Source: Planctomycetota bacterium
GTDB lineage: Bacteria; Planctomycetota; UBA11346
DNA length: 64,000 bases
Assembly (NCBI GenBank): GCA_038231435.1
Contig: JBBRLJ010000005.1
Span: forward strand, 1-64,000
Reading direction: 5' to 3'
Position numbers and translations under genes: made by a program. Positions 15,520-25,500 of this stretch are shown piece after piece (position 1 is the first letter of the stretch; the number at the start of each line of letters is the position of its first letter). The notes beneath the pieces were generated by a model, which did no database searches, had not been told where the DNA came from, and worked only from the letters and a program-made list of their open reading frames with translations.

Positions 15520-17607
15520 TCACAGCTCGATCACGACGGGGTTCGTGCCCAGCGTCACCGTCACCGCGTCGACGTCGTTCAGGGTCTGCATGGCGTCGGT
15601 GCCCACGGTGGGATCGAACAGGGTCACGGTCTTGATCTTGCCACCGAGGTTAATGGTCACGCTCTCGGGCTTCGAGACGTAGCGCTCGCCCCACACCACC
15701 AGGCAGAACTTGCCGTCGCTCTTCTGCAGCAGCAGGTCGTGCACCGCCGCAGGGCGGTTGGGGATGGTGTAGTTCAGCCGGCCCGGGACCGCGATCGAGC
15801 CGGTATCGGCGAGGATGGTGGTGAGGTTGTGGAGATAGACCGCCGACTTGCGCGGCGTGTAATCCGGGCGATAGAAGCCGAAGGTCTGGTTGCCGCCCTC
15901 GTCCACGCGGTCGCGCAGGATGTAGATCGACGTCCAGCTCCAGCCCTGTTTGAACTGGGACAGGTAGACGCCCAGGTACAGGCGGGCTTGGATCTCCTCG
16001 GTCCAGGTGCCGTCGATGGTCATGCCGGTCTCGGTGGTGACGCGCGGCAGCGACTGCAGGTCGGCCCCCGAATAGCCCTGATACTTCTTCGCCCAGGTCA
16101 CGCCGAATTCCTTCCACAGGCCGTCGACCGGGCAGTCGGGCGTGGGGTCGGAGCTCAGCCACGTCTGGTCGTCGTGGAGGCCCTGCCAGCTGGGGTGGCT
16201 GCAATAATTGTGCACGCAGGCGTAATCGGCGAACTGGGTGCCGTCGGGCATCGCGATGTTGGCGCCCTTGGGGACGAACAGCAGCTGCGCGCCGACATTG
16301 TCGACCTCAGCGCCACCCTCGGTGAGATGCCAGACGGGATAATTGCACAGCACCGGATCGCTCTTCACCGCGGCGTAGAAGTCCCGCTGCAGCTTCAGGA
16401 CCGGAACCCACGAGTCGCCGCCGCCGCCCTTCACGTCCTGATAGGTCAGGCCCCAGTTGTTCGGTTCGTTCGGCCCCTCGTACGCGAGCAGCATCTTGTG
16501 GGCCGCGAACTCGCGCGCGCCGCGCACGAAGCGGTTGATGTCGCCAGAAAAGCCCAGCGAGAATTTCACGCCGGTCGCCTTGTTGAGCTCGATGCAGTCC
16601 TGGGTGCAGCCGAGTCCCGCGCGGATCCAGCGGAAGCCGACGTACTTCACGCATTCGAGGGTCTTCGCCAGGTTCTCGCCGCGCGAGCTGATGGCCGAAT
16701 TGATGCCGATGGTGTCCAGGAAGGCGCCGTTGCGCGCGGCGATCACGCCGGTGCCCGGAACCGCCGTCACGGTGATCGCGCAGGTGGCCTTGGGGCCGCT
16801 TTCAGCGTTCGTCGCCGTGATCGTCGCCTTGCCGGCTGAGACCGCGGTAACCTGTCCGAGGCGATTCACCGTGGCCACCGCCGGATTGTCGGACGTCCAG
16901 GTTGCGAACTTGTCGGTGGCGTACATCGGGGTGTAGATGACCGAGAGGTTCTTGACCTCGCCCTCGATGAGTCCAGCCGTGGCCGGAACCACCTTCAGCG
17001 CGGTCGTCGGCACCGCCTCGGGAATCTTCTCGATCGTGATCGAGCGGATGCACATGTCGGCGTCGGTGCAGAACAGCTTGAAGTCGGCGCCGCCTTCCTC
17101 GCGGCCGGCGAACTTGGCGTTCTCGAGCACGAAGCTCGCGGTCTTCCAGGTATTGCTGCCGGTGAAGAAGGTCATCGGCGCGCGTGCCAGCGGCCTCTGT
17201 GCGGAATCGTAGTAGAATTTGAAGGCATGCTCGGCGTCGGCTGGAGCGGGCTGATCCCAGTACTCGATCGACACCTTCACATGGTTCACGCCATCGTGGA
17301 TGAACGCATCGCTGACATCGCCCCAGATCCCCCACGCGCCCTTGGTGAGATCGGTCTGCAGCCCCGTCTTGCCACCATGCGTCGCGACCGACTCGCCACC
17401 CGGCTTCGACCACACCTTGGTGGTGATGCCGGTCTCCTTGGCATCCTTGCCGAAGGTCACGCTCACCGCGGTCTGATCAGCGCCGGCGGCGAGCGCACCT
17501 CCGCAGACGAGCGGCCACACCAGCGCGAAGCGCTTGCCCGCGGAGATGAACCGACGGAATCCGGTCCGCGGAGAAGGGATGGGACCGCGGTCGTTGGTCT
17601 GGCTCAC
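15520..17607 (-). CDS. Secreted clan GH-A glycoside hydrolase with Ig-like (Big_2) domain
   Basis: TWTSDNPAVATV Ig motif; EGPNEPNN acid/base and VTTETG nucleophile. Confidence 0.75.
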   Translation of the reverse strand: MSQTNDRGPIPSPRTGFRRFISAGKRFALVWPLVCGGALAAGADQTAVSVTFGKDAKETGITTKVWSKPGGESVATHGGKTGLQTDLTKGAWGIWGDVSDAFIHDGVNHVKVSIEYWDQPAPADAEHAFKFYYDSAQRPLARAPMTFFTGSNTWKTASFVLENAKFAGREEGGADFKLFCTDADMCIRSITIEKIPEAVPTTALKVVPATAGLIEGEVKNLSVIYTPMYATDKFATWTSDNPAVATVNRLGQVTAVSAGKATITATNAESGPKATCAITVTAVPGTGVIAARNGAFLDTIGINSAISSRGENLAKTLECVKYVGFRWIRAGLGCTQDCIELNKATGVKFSLGFSGDINRFVRGAREFAAHKMLLAYEGPNEPNNWGLTYQDVKGGGGDSWVPVLKLQRDFYAAVKSDPVLCNYPVWHLTEGGAEVDNVGAQLLFVPKGANIAMPDGTQFADYACVHNYCSHPSWQGLHDDQTWLSSDPTPDCPVDGLWKEFGVTWAKKYQGYSGADLQSLPRVTTETGMTIDGTWTEEIQARLYLGVYLSQFKQGWSWTSIYILRDRVDEGGNQTFGFYRPDYTPRKSAVYLHNLTTILADTGSIAVPGRLNYTIPNRPAAVHDLLLQKSDGKFCLVVWGERYVSKPESVTINLGGKIKTVTLFDPTVGTDAMQTLNDVDAVTVTLGTNPVVIEL

Positions 17608-17702
17608 GTGTGTCCTTCTAGAGATGGATGCGGAGTCGTGGGGTGGCGGGGCTGCGAGCTCGGAGGTGGAACGGCAGGGGGCGGGCGGAGTGACGTATCA
17701 GA

Positions 17703-17728
17703 GTTGATATACCAATTTTAATATCAAC
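17703..17728. promoter_or_regulatory. Candidate repressor operator upstream of the GH gene
   Basis: GTTGATAT-N10-ATATCAAC in an AT-rich patch. Confidence 0.55.
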
Positions 17729-17941
17729 GGCAACGACAGCGAGGACAGGCCATAATATACTGATATAACATAATTTACGATGATGCCAGTGTCCGCCATC
17801 ACCTTCAATCGGGTTGCAGCGCCTCAGAACCGGTCGCCGGCTTGCCCCCAGGAAGTACCGATGCGGGTTGGCTGGGGGCCGAGCGATCTTCAGCCCTCAG
17901 CTCCTCCCCACCTTCTCCCATCTTCATGCTCCTATCCTCAT

Positions 17942-18967
17942 TTACCCATACCTGACCCCCATCTTCACCCCCGCCCCCGGATCCAGCGCCACTCGCGGAT
18001 ACGCCTCGATCAATTCCTCGAACCGCACCACCGGATCCAGGAGCAGCGCGCCCGGGATCGCTCCGTCGCTGATGAGATCCATGCACGCGGTAGTGATGCG
18101 CGCGAAGTCCCAGCGCGGATGGTCTGGATTCGGATCGCTGCAGGCGCGCGAAGAGACCAGGCGTACGCGGTTCATGTGCGCCTCGCCGCCCATGTCCAGG
18201 CCGGCCGGCCAGGGCGAAGGGAAGGCGCCCATCACCACCGTGCCGCCGTAGGCGATGCCGCGCAGCGCCGCCTGGATCGCCTGCATCGCGCCCGAGTAAT
18301 CGATGATCACATCGGGGCCGCGGCCGCCGGTGAGTTCCTTCATGCGCAGTCCGGTGTCGCCACCGCTCGGGATGGCGTCGGTGGCGCCGATGCGCTTGGC
18401 GAGGTCTAGGCGTTTCGCCACCGGGTCGGTGACGATGATGCGCGCGGCGCCGGCGCGGCGCAGCAGGGCGACGGCGACCAGGCCGATGGCGCCCAGTCCC
18501 ATGACCGCGACGGCGTCGCCGATGCGCACCTGGCCGTCGCGGATCGCACCCAGCGCGAATACCGCGGGATCGAGGCAGAGCGCATCCTCCGAGCGCACGC
18601 CGGGAGCGAGTGCCCAGCCCCAGTCCTCGGAGGCGGTGATGGTCGGGCGGAAACCCGCGTAGCCCATCACGCGCTGGCCGACGTGGCGCTTGGTGACCTC
18701 GGTGCCGATCTCGACGACCTCGCCCACCACCTGGTTGCCGAGCGTGAACGGGTAGCTCATCAACGGCTTGCCAGGACGATGGACCTTCATGGTGTCGTCC
18801 CAGCCGCCACGGCGGTTGCCGTGGCCGGCGACGAACTCGGCCGAGGTGCCGTGCTTCTCGGCGCCCAGCACCGCGCGGATGCGCACGGACGCGGGCGGCA
18901 GGGGGCCGTCCTCGTAATCGCGCCAGGCGATGGTTCCGGGGGCTGGACAGGTGAGTTCGCTTGGCAT
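17942..18967 (-). CDS. MDR-family (zinc-type) alcohol dehydrogenase
   Basis: LGNQVVGEV; AVMGLGAIG Rossmann motif. Confidence 0.85.
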   Translation of the reverse strand: MPSELTCPAPGTIAWRDYEDGPLPPASVRIRAVLGAEKHGTSAEFVAGHGNRRGGWDDTMKVHRPGKPLMSYPFTLGNQVVGEVVEIGTEVTKRHVGQRVMGYAGFRPTITASEDWGWALAPGVRSEDALCLDPAVFALGAIRDGQVRIGDAVAVMGLGAIGLVAVALLRRAGAARIIVTDPVAKRLDLAKRIGATDAIPSGGDTGLRMKELTGGRGPDVIIDYSGAMQAIQAALRGIAYGGTVVMGAFPSPWPAGLDMGGEAHMNRVRLVSSRACSDPNPDHPRWDFARITTACMDLISDGAIPGALLLDPVVRFEELIEAYPRVALDPGAGVKMGVRYG

Positions 18968-19037
18968 GGATCCTCCGATCGTATGCTCACCATAATGCAA
19001 CCAGGCCTGCATTTCACCGTCCATTTAGGATGACGAT

Positions 19038-19964
19038 GTGATGGATCCGATGATCGGGCACCGTTTGCGCGCCTTCCTGACCGTGCCCGCCGGCAGCCCG
19101 ACGATGGCCGTGCTCGGCTATGGCCTCGAGGAGCGCATGCCGCCCCAGGTCATCGACCGTCCGCGTGGCACCGACGATTGGCTGCTGATGGGCTTCGACT
19201 CGCCGGCGCGCATCTGGATCGATGGCATGGATGCCCGCCGTCGCGGTGGTGCCGATTCCGAAGCCGAACCCGAACCCGAACCCGAAGACCAGGCCACGAG
19301 CGGGATGCAGACGGGAGCAGGCCGCGAGATCGCAGCGGGAACCCTGATGTTGTGGCGACCGCACGCCCCGCACCGCTACGGCCACCCATCGCGCGCGTGG
19401 CGGCACTCTTGGATCCATATCGATGGCGACCGCGTGCGCACCCGCGCCGCCACCCTCGGCCTGCCGCTCGAATCGCCGATCGCCGACGTTCCCACCGCCT
19501 GGCTCGACGCATGTATCCGCGGCATCCATGACGAGATCACCGGCAACGGCACAGCCGACGGCGAGATCCTCGCCGCGCACCTCGACATCCTGCTGCGGCG
19601 CGCAGCTCGGGTCGCCCGCTCGGCCGGAGGTGGAACGGGCGGCCGCCGCGTGCCCGCCGGCCTGCTCGCGGCGCGCACGCACATCGAGGCGCGCTTCGCC
19701 GAGCCGCTGCGCCTCGCCGCGCTCGCCGGCATCGCCGGTCATTCGGTCCCGCACTTCTGCGCCGGATTCCGCCAGCACTTCGCGCTCTCACCGATCGATC
19801 TGGTCATCCGCCTGCGCCTGGCGCAGGCGCGACGCCTGATGACGGAGCGTCATATGACGGTGGCGGAGGCGGCGAGGCAGGTCGGGTATGCCGATTATCG
19901 GCATTTCACGAGGTTGTTCAGGAAGCGGTACGGGATGGCGCCGAGGGAGATGCGGAGGGAGTGA
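19038..19964 (+). CDS. AraC-family regulator
   Basis: Cupin plus C-terminal EAARQVGYADYRHFTRLFRKRYGMAP. Confidence 0.9.
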   Translation: MMDPMIGHRLRAFLTVPAGSPTMAVLGYGLEERMPPQVIDRPRGTDDWLLMGFDSPARIWIDGMDARRRGGADSEAEPEPEPEDQATSGMQTGAGREIAAGTLMLWRPHAPHRYGHPSRAWRHSWIHIDGDRVRTRAATLGLPLESPIADVPTAWLDACIRGIHDEITGNGTADGEILAAHLDILLRRAARVARSAGGGTGGRRVPAGLLAARTHIEARFAEPLRLAALAGIAGHSVPHFCAGFRQHFALSPIDLVIRLRLAQARRLMTERHMTVAEAARQVGYADYRHFTRLFRKRYGMAPREMRRE

Positions 19965-20164
19965 GCAGGGAAAAGAAGAAGAGGGAAGGCACGAGGGCTT
20001 GAGGGTGCGATGCCTGACGTGATCGATGGCACCGGGTGGGCGCGCAAAGCGGAATGCGGACACATGCACTCGAGAGGAGTGGCGCGAGTAGTCGACCATC
20101 GACCATCGACGACCATCGACCACCGCGCCGCTGGCGCTCCTTCCCCCGCGGCTACCCTGACTGC

Positions 20165-20893
20165 ATGTGCGGCCGCTTCGGCAATTCCAATGATCCGCGG
20201 GTGATCGCGGAATATCACGACGCGTTGAATTACGCGAAGAACGGGAAGCCGACGTGGAATGCCGCGCCGACGCAGCAGTTGCCGATCGTATTCGAGGAGC
20301 CGGTCGAGCGTGACATCGCCCGCGATGGGACTACGGCGGTCGAGGTCGCCGACGGAGCAGCCAGCGGTCTCTCGGTCGAGCGCAAGCTGATCCTCGCGCG
20401 CTGGGGGTGGCGGCGAGATTTCGGCGCCAGTGGTTGGCTGCCGCCGAACGTCAGGGGCGAGGAGGCGGCGACCAAGAAGACCTTCGCCGAGGCGCTGCGC
20501 TTCCGGCGCTGCATCATCCCCGCGACGTGCTTCTACGAATGGCGCGAGGACACCAGGCAACCATACGCCTTCACCCTGGCCAGCGGCGCGCCATTCGGCA
20601 TTGCGGGCATCTGGGAACCGACCCCCGAGGGCATCGCCTTCCTGCTGCTCACCGCGGTGGCGAATGCGGTGGTCGCGCCAATACACCACCGCATGGCATG
20701 CATCCTGCCGCGCGCCGACGAGGCCGCGTGGCTCGCCGCCACGACTCCGGCCGAAGCCATCCAATGCCTGATCCGCCCCTACCCAGGCGAGATGAAGGCC
20801 CAGGCCATCAGCCACCGCATCAACTCGGTGAAGAATGACGGGCCGGAATTGCTTGAGCCGGTGGCTCCGCCGGAGCAGCTACGGTTGTTCTAG
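20165..20893 (+). CDS. SOS response-associated peptidase (SRAP/YedK/HMCES)
   Basis: N-terminal MCGRF; NAAPTQ; FYEW; IHHRM. Confidence 0.92.
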   Translation: MCGRFGNSNDPRVIAEYHDALNYAKNGKPTWNAAPTQQLPIVFEEPVERDIARDGTTAVEVADGAASGLSVERKLILARWGWRRDFGASGWLPPNVRGEEAATKKTFAEALRFRRCIIPATCFYEWREDTRQPYAFTLASGAPFGIAGIWEPTPEGIAFLLLTAVANAVVAPIHHRMACILPRADEAAWLAATTPAEAIQCLIRPYPGEMKAQAISHRINSVKNDGPELLEPVAPPEQLRLF

Positions 20894-20912
20894 GCGGAGC
20901 CGATCGGCACGC

Positions 20913-21155
20913 CTATTTAGCCGTGTCCACCACTGCGTCCGCGCCCTTCTCGAGCGCCTTGCCGGTCGCATCGGCGGCCTTCTCGACGCCCTTGACGGTG
21001 TCATGGGCTGCCTTGTCCACGGCTGCGCCAGAGGTCTCGGCGGGGCCTTTGCCACCGCATCCGAGTGCGCAGGCGGCGAAGGCCGTGGTGGCGAGGAGTC
21101 CGCGCATCCACGTATGGACAGGGATCCGGGCCTGGGCATGGCAGGGAATGTTCAT
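20913..21155 (-). CDS. Small Ala/Lys-rich lipoprotein
   Basis: Lipobox ALGC followed by amphipathic repeats. Confidence 0.6.
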   Translation of the reverse strand: MNIPCHAQARIPVHTWMRGLLATTAFAACALGCGGKGPAETSGAAVDKAAHDTVKGVEKAADATGKALEKGADAVVDTAK

Positions 21156-21214
21156 GGCAACCTCGTGGTAGATGGCGGGGCGACGAAGCAACGCGTGGTG
21201 ACCGCGACTCCGCC

Positions 21215-21394
21215 TCACCCGCGGCGGTCGCGGCCCGAGCCCATCAGGTGCATGAGGCCGGTGATGACGAAGATCACGATGAAGATGAAGAACAGGATCC
21301 TGGCGATGCCGGCCAGATCGTGCGAGAGATTGCCGAAGCCGAACACGGCGGCGATGATGGCGACGACGAAGAAGATCAGGGACCATTTGAGCAT
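21215..21394 (-). CDS. DUF1328 (YtjA-like) small membrane protein
   Basis: MLKWSLIFFVVAIIAAVFGFG..AGIARILFFIF. Confidence 0.9.
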   Translation of the reverse strand: MLKWSLIFFVVAIIAAVFGFGNLSHDLAGIARILFFIFIVIFVITGLMHLMGSGRDRRG

Positions 21395-21806
21395 GGGAAG
21401 ACTCCGGGGAGATCGAGGGGAAGGTAGGAGGTAGCGACGAGCGATCCCAGGTTTTAGGCAACGGCGGCTCGGGCGCGAGGTCATTGTGAGAAAATAGGGA
21501 AGAGGAGGCCACGACGGGAGTCCGGTCAGTCAGGCGAGGCACTGGGCGGGTTTCGGGGCGAGGAACCGGGCGGGGAGGGACCGAACGCAGAACGCTCGAA
21601 GGACCGAGGAAAGCCGACGTTACAACGCGTGATGGTGGCTGCGGAGTTCGCCGGCGGAGCGGGGGATCGCCAGGAATCCGCGCGAGTCGGTTCGTGCCGC
21701 GCATTCGCCCCTGTCCCGCTCCAGAAACGACCAAATCCACACCAGCACTCAGCAATGCTGCTTCGATTCCCTGCCGGCTATCAAGTGCCTGGCGCTACGG
21801 TGACGG

Positions 21807-22109
21807 GTGATCGGAGGTCCCATGTCCGCCATCATCAGTCCATTGGTGTTCATCGACACGAGCAGATCGAACCGCTCTCGCGCTCCATCCGTCTCCGGCT
21901 TCGGCTGGTACACGGTCGGCTGGGAGACCGTCGGCGACTGGTTCGCGGAGCATTCGCTCCGGGGGCGGATCGGCCGGTACCATTCGCGCGCCGAGGCGGT
22001 GATCGCGTGCGGCGCGATGGACATCAATCAGAGCAGGCAATGGCTCATGGAGCATCCGGAGGGAAGCGGAAAGCAGCAAGCACAGGGCAGAGAGAGGAAA
22101 ACGCGTTGA
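21807..22109 (+). CDS. Hypothetical protein
   Basis: Plausible ORF with RBS GGAGG before the ATG at 21822. Confidence 0.4.
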   Translation: MIGGPMSAIISPLVFIDTSRSNRSRAPSVSGFGWYTVGWETVGDWFAEHSLRGRIGRYHSRAEAVIACGAMDINQSRQWLMEHPEGSGKQQAQGRERKTR

Positions 22110-22151
22110 GCCAAGCGGGGAGAGCTCGAGCGCAACGCAGGGAGCGGCTGA

Positions 22152-23027
22152 CTAGGGATCGACGGAGACGATCACGCCATCCGCGCGCCCCCCGGCGGAA
22201 TGGGAGAACTTCAGCCGAATATCCATGCGGCAGTGCGCTCCCACCGTCCGCTCATCGTGGGTAGGCTTGCCGCCGGTCGCGTAGGTGACGCGGAATTTCA
22301 CCAGCCGCTCGGTGTCGTTGCCGTTCCATAGCGACACCGTCACGGTATCCGAGGCTCCTTCGTCGACCTTGAGATAGAGATGGACGAACTTCTCCAAGGC
22401 GCTGAGCACGCATCCTTCGCTGGCGAAATCAGGCTCCTCGGCGGTGGTCGTTGGCGCGTTTGCTGATGCGGTTGCCGATGCCGGCGTTGCCGATCGTCGC
22501 GCCTGATCCGCTCGTCGACCGCCGCGCGCTTCCTGAGGCTTGGACGGTTCGGCCGTGGCCGGCGGTTTCACGGCTGACTTCGCGCCATCCACGCTCGCCG
22601 CCTGGCCGCGATCCTTGCGCAGAGCGACTTCGGTTTCGACCGCCACGCGTGCCTCGTTCTCCCGCTGCAGGGCGATGAGGTCGTCGGCCGTGGCGTCGGC
22701 CGGCGCCTGCACGCCGAAGCGCTCAACCAGCGCCTGCCGCAGAACCCGCACGCGCTCGGCCGAGTCGCGGCGCTTCTCATCGTAGTCGCGGTCGAGGTAC
22801 CCGGTGTACAGACTTCGCAGCTGATGCAGCGAGGCGGCATCCGGGACCTCGACGTGGCGATCCTGCAGATAGGCGATGAGCGCGAGCCGCTCGCCGAGGC
22901 CATAGGGATCGACGACGTTCGAAGCGCGCTCCTCGGCGATCGCGCAGGAAAGAGTCGCGCTCGCGAGCAGGCATGCGCGCGCGGTGCGCAGCAGTCTTGC
23001 AACAAGGGGGCGAGCGGAAAGGGCCAC
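22152..23027 (-). CDS. Secreted hypothetical protein
   Basis: Signal peptide; DPYGLGERLAL; low-complexity linker. Confidence 0.6.
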   Translation of the reverse strand: MALSARPLVARLLRTARACLLASATLSCAIAEERASNVVDPYGLGERLALIAYLQDRHVEVPDAASLHQLRSLYTGYLDRDYDEKRRDSAERVRVLRQALVERFGVQAPADATADDLIALQRENEARVAVETEVALRKDRGQAASVDGAKSAVKPPATAEPSKPQEARGGRRADQARRSATPASATASANAPTTTAEEPDFASEGCVLSALEKFVHLYLKVDEGASDTVTVSLWNGNDTERLVKFRVTYATGGKPTHDERTVGAHCRMDIRLKFSHSAGGRADGVIVSVDP

Positions 23028-23107
23028 GCTCGAGTATACCCCGAGGAATCGGCAAGTGGGTGAGCGCGGGGGCTTGATCGGAGAAACTCCGATAGAAAGC
23101 CCCGATT

Positions 23108-23872
23108 TCAGAAATCGTCTTTTCCGCGCGGCGGCGCTTCGGCTGGCAGCGGGACGGAGTCCGCGCGCTGGCGAGCCGATAGCGTGGGCGCGGGCTCGCC
23201 ATCACGCACCCAGGCATACCCGCGCTGCGCGCCGCCGGCGACCACTACCTCCTGCTTGCCGCTCTGCGAGAGGATCCAGCGCTGATCATCGCCGCTGATG
23301 ACCAGTTGCTTGTCCCAGAGCAGGGCGTGCTTCACCAGTCTCGCCCGCGTGCCTGGGACCTCGGCGAGCATCGCGGCTGCCTCCTCTCCTGGTACGTCGC
23401 CCCCTGGATGGCCAGGCAGATCGAGATCGGTCCAACGCGTGGCGATGAGCCTGAGCACGGCGTCGAGCGCGAGGGGATGCTGGCTCGAGAGCAGGATGCG
23501 CGCGGCGGTCCGTCGCACCCCGGCATCGGGATTCCACAGGGCTGCGACATAGCGCGCGATCGCCGTCATGTCGCCACCCCTCGCGCTCGTCGCACCCTCG
23601 GGCGTGCGATCGATGACGACCTCGGTCACCGCCTGGGCATAGCGGACGAGCGCGCGCTCGAGGCGGCGCGGATCGCTGGCAGAGAGCTCGGTATCGCGTT
23701 CGTGCCGGCGTGCGCGATCGATGAGCATCCACGACGCGAGGCCCACCGTCAGCGTGAGGGCGGCCACGCCGGCCAGCACTGTCGTCGGTCCGAATCCTCT
23801 GCGCTTCATGATCCAGAGCAGCGCGAGCGCGACGACGATCACCGCGACGGCGGATGCGATGTGGATGGGCAT
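23108..23872 (-). CDS. Membrane protein with HEAT-like repeat
   Basis: Two N-terminal TM helices; ALWNPDAGVRRTAARIL. Confidence 0.55.
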   Translation of the reverse strand: MPIHIASAVAVIVVALALLWIMKRRGFGPTTVLAGVAALTLTVGLASWMLIDRARRHERDTELSASDPRRLERALVRYAQAVTEVVIDRTPEGATSARGGDMTAIARYVAALWNPDAGVRRTAARILLSSQHPLALDAVLRLIATRWTDLDLPGHPGGDVPGEEAAAMLAEVPGTRARLVKHALLWDKQLVISGDDQRWILSQSGKQEVVVAGGAQRGYAWVRDGEPAPTLSARQRADSVPLPAEAPPRGKDDF

Positions 23873-24032
23873 GCGCCGGAAGGCTATGCGGTAGCCATCG
23901 AGGGGCCAGGGTCGTGGTGACACTCAAGAAGAGCCGAACGACAGGCACGCAGGCCGGGCTTGTTCCGCGATTGCGCAATCCCTCAACGCATTGACCGTCG
24001 CTTGGGCTCCGTCGACTCGCTAGGGTTCCCAC

Positions 24033-24782
24033 ATGCCGCGTACGTGCGCTGTTACCCTCATCGAGCTGCTGGTCATCGTATCGCTGATACTGGTCCTGAT
24101 CGGGATGCTGCTCCCCATGGCGTCGATCCATCACGGTCCCGCGTCTAAGACCGCCTGCGGCAGCAACCAGCGACAGATCCTGATCGCGATGCTCGTCTAC
24201 ACGAACGACAATGGCGGAGCGTGGCCGGTGAGGCCATCCGATCAGGCAGGAGCGTGGCTCAGTCATCCGGGCCACGACAAGTACACCGCCATCGGCAGCT
24301 TCGAATTCCTGGCCGCGCAGATGTCGGATATGCCGGCGAGGATATTCTCGTGTCCCTGTGAACGGGAATACCACCCTCCAGGCCCGGCCAGCCACGAGCT
24401 CGCCGCGCATCCTGACACCGCGGCATCGTCGTGGTGCGTGGCGGCTGCCCGGAACGTGCATGCCAATCCAGGCTACCTCTTCGATTGGGCCGTGCCCGCG
24501 AACGCGCCACCGACCCGCATCGTCATCGCGGATCGCGCCCGCGTGGGACAGGACCATCAGAACCATGTCCTGGCCGCCTTCGCCGATGGCCATGTCGCCA
24601 GCATCAAGCCTGGGAAGATCACGCCCGCCGCCGACGAGACTCTCGGACTCGACGATCGGTCGGACGGCACGTCGTACGCGAATCCGGACATCGCCGCCGA
24701 CAACATCTACGATGGTTCCGGCGATGGCGGCCAGCCTTGGACGGTGGGTAGCGGATCAGCGACGCGCGCATGGGTACGCTGA
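24033..24782 (+). CDS. Prepilin-type N-terminal cleavage protein (H-X9-DG family)
   Basis: AVTLIELLVIVSLILVLIGMLLP; C-terminal H-X9-DG (HQNHVLAAFADGH). Confidence 0.85.
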   Translation: MPRTCAVTLIELLVIVSLILVLIGMLLPMASIHHGPASKTACGSNQRQILIAMLVYTNDNGGAWPVRPSDQAGAWLSHPGHDKYTAIGSFEFLAAQMSDMPARIFSCPCEREYHPPGPASHELAAHPDTAASSWCVAAARNVHANPGYLFDWAVPANAPPTRIVIADRARVGQDHQNHVLAAFADGHVASIKPGKITPAADETLGLDDRSDGTSYANPDIAADNIYDGSGDGGQPWTVGSGSATRAWVR

Positions 24783-25072
24783 CATCACCCAATGGCCGCA
24801 GCTCGTCGTCCTTGATGTCCGCCCAACTTCAAATGCCTCGGGCAGAAGCCTCGGGCCACGTCAGCGGAGAACGAAGGTCCAGAGGACGGACGGCACAAAG
24901 CGGGCCGGCGAGAGGGCAGAGAAATCAGAGCGCCAGTAGGTGTCGTGGGTAGACGACGCTTATCGAGCCGGAGCGCACGCAGCCGCGGCGCCCGGTACCG
25001 GTAGAGGGTTGGCCAGTTGGTCTGGATCAGGGGAAGGTTCGCGGAGCATTCTCTGGTCAGCGAGAGACCACC

Positions 25073-25468
25073 ATGAGCGATACCAATCCTTCATCATCGA
25101 CATCAGTGACGCCAGCGGCGCCGGCGAAAAAGCCGGCGACGCGGCGGACCAGGCCGGCTGGTCAGGCCAGGCGCAAGCGGAAGGCGAAGCCGACGCTCAA
25201 GCCGACGCTCAAGTCGACGTTCAAGGAGGCGATGTCATCGAGTCTCCACGATACCGTCGCGGCGATCCGCGCCTCGGCGAGCGAGCGCGCGGGCGAGGTC
25301 GGGCCAAAAGTGCTGGCGATCGCGTCGCGCAAGGCGGCGTCCGCCGGCGCCGCGTTGGTGAAGTGGGGCAAGAAGCATCCGGTCAAGACCGCCGCGGCAG
25401 CCGCGACGCTGCTGCTCGCGGCGAAGCTGCTGCAGTCGGCGATGAAGAAACGCGCCGCGAAGGCCTGA
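25073..25468 (+). CDS. Small basic Lys/Ala-rich protein
   Basis: KPTL repeats from a 12-bp tandem at 25187-25222; WGKKHPVKTAAAA. Confidence 0.6.
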   Translation: MSDTNPSSSTSVTPAAPAKKPATRRTRPAGQARRKRKAKPTLKPTLKSTFKEAMSSSLHDTVAAIRASASERAGEVGPKVLAIASRKAASAGAALVKWGKKHPVKTAAAAATLLLAAKLLQSAMKKRAAKA

Positions 25469-25500
25469 TCCGTTTCGATGAGCGATCGGATGATCGTGGG

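Noticed and set aside
21440..21760. RNase P RNA or riboswitch
   Set aside because: GAGGAAAG is present but the rest of the conserved core is missing
24940..25500. N-terminal extension of the 692-aa ORF
   Set aside because: Overlaps the better-supported 25073-25468 gene in another frame; the signal peptide lies downstream
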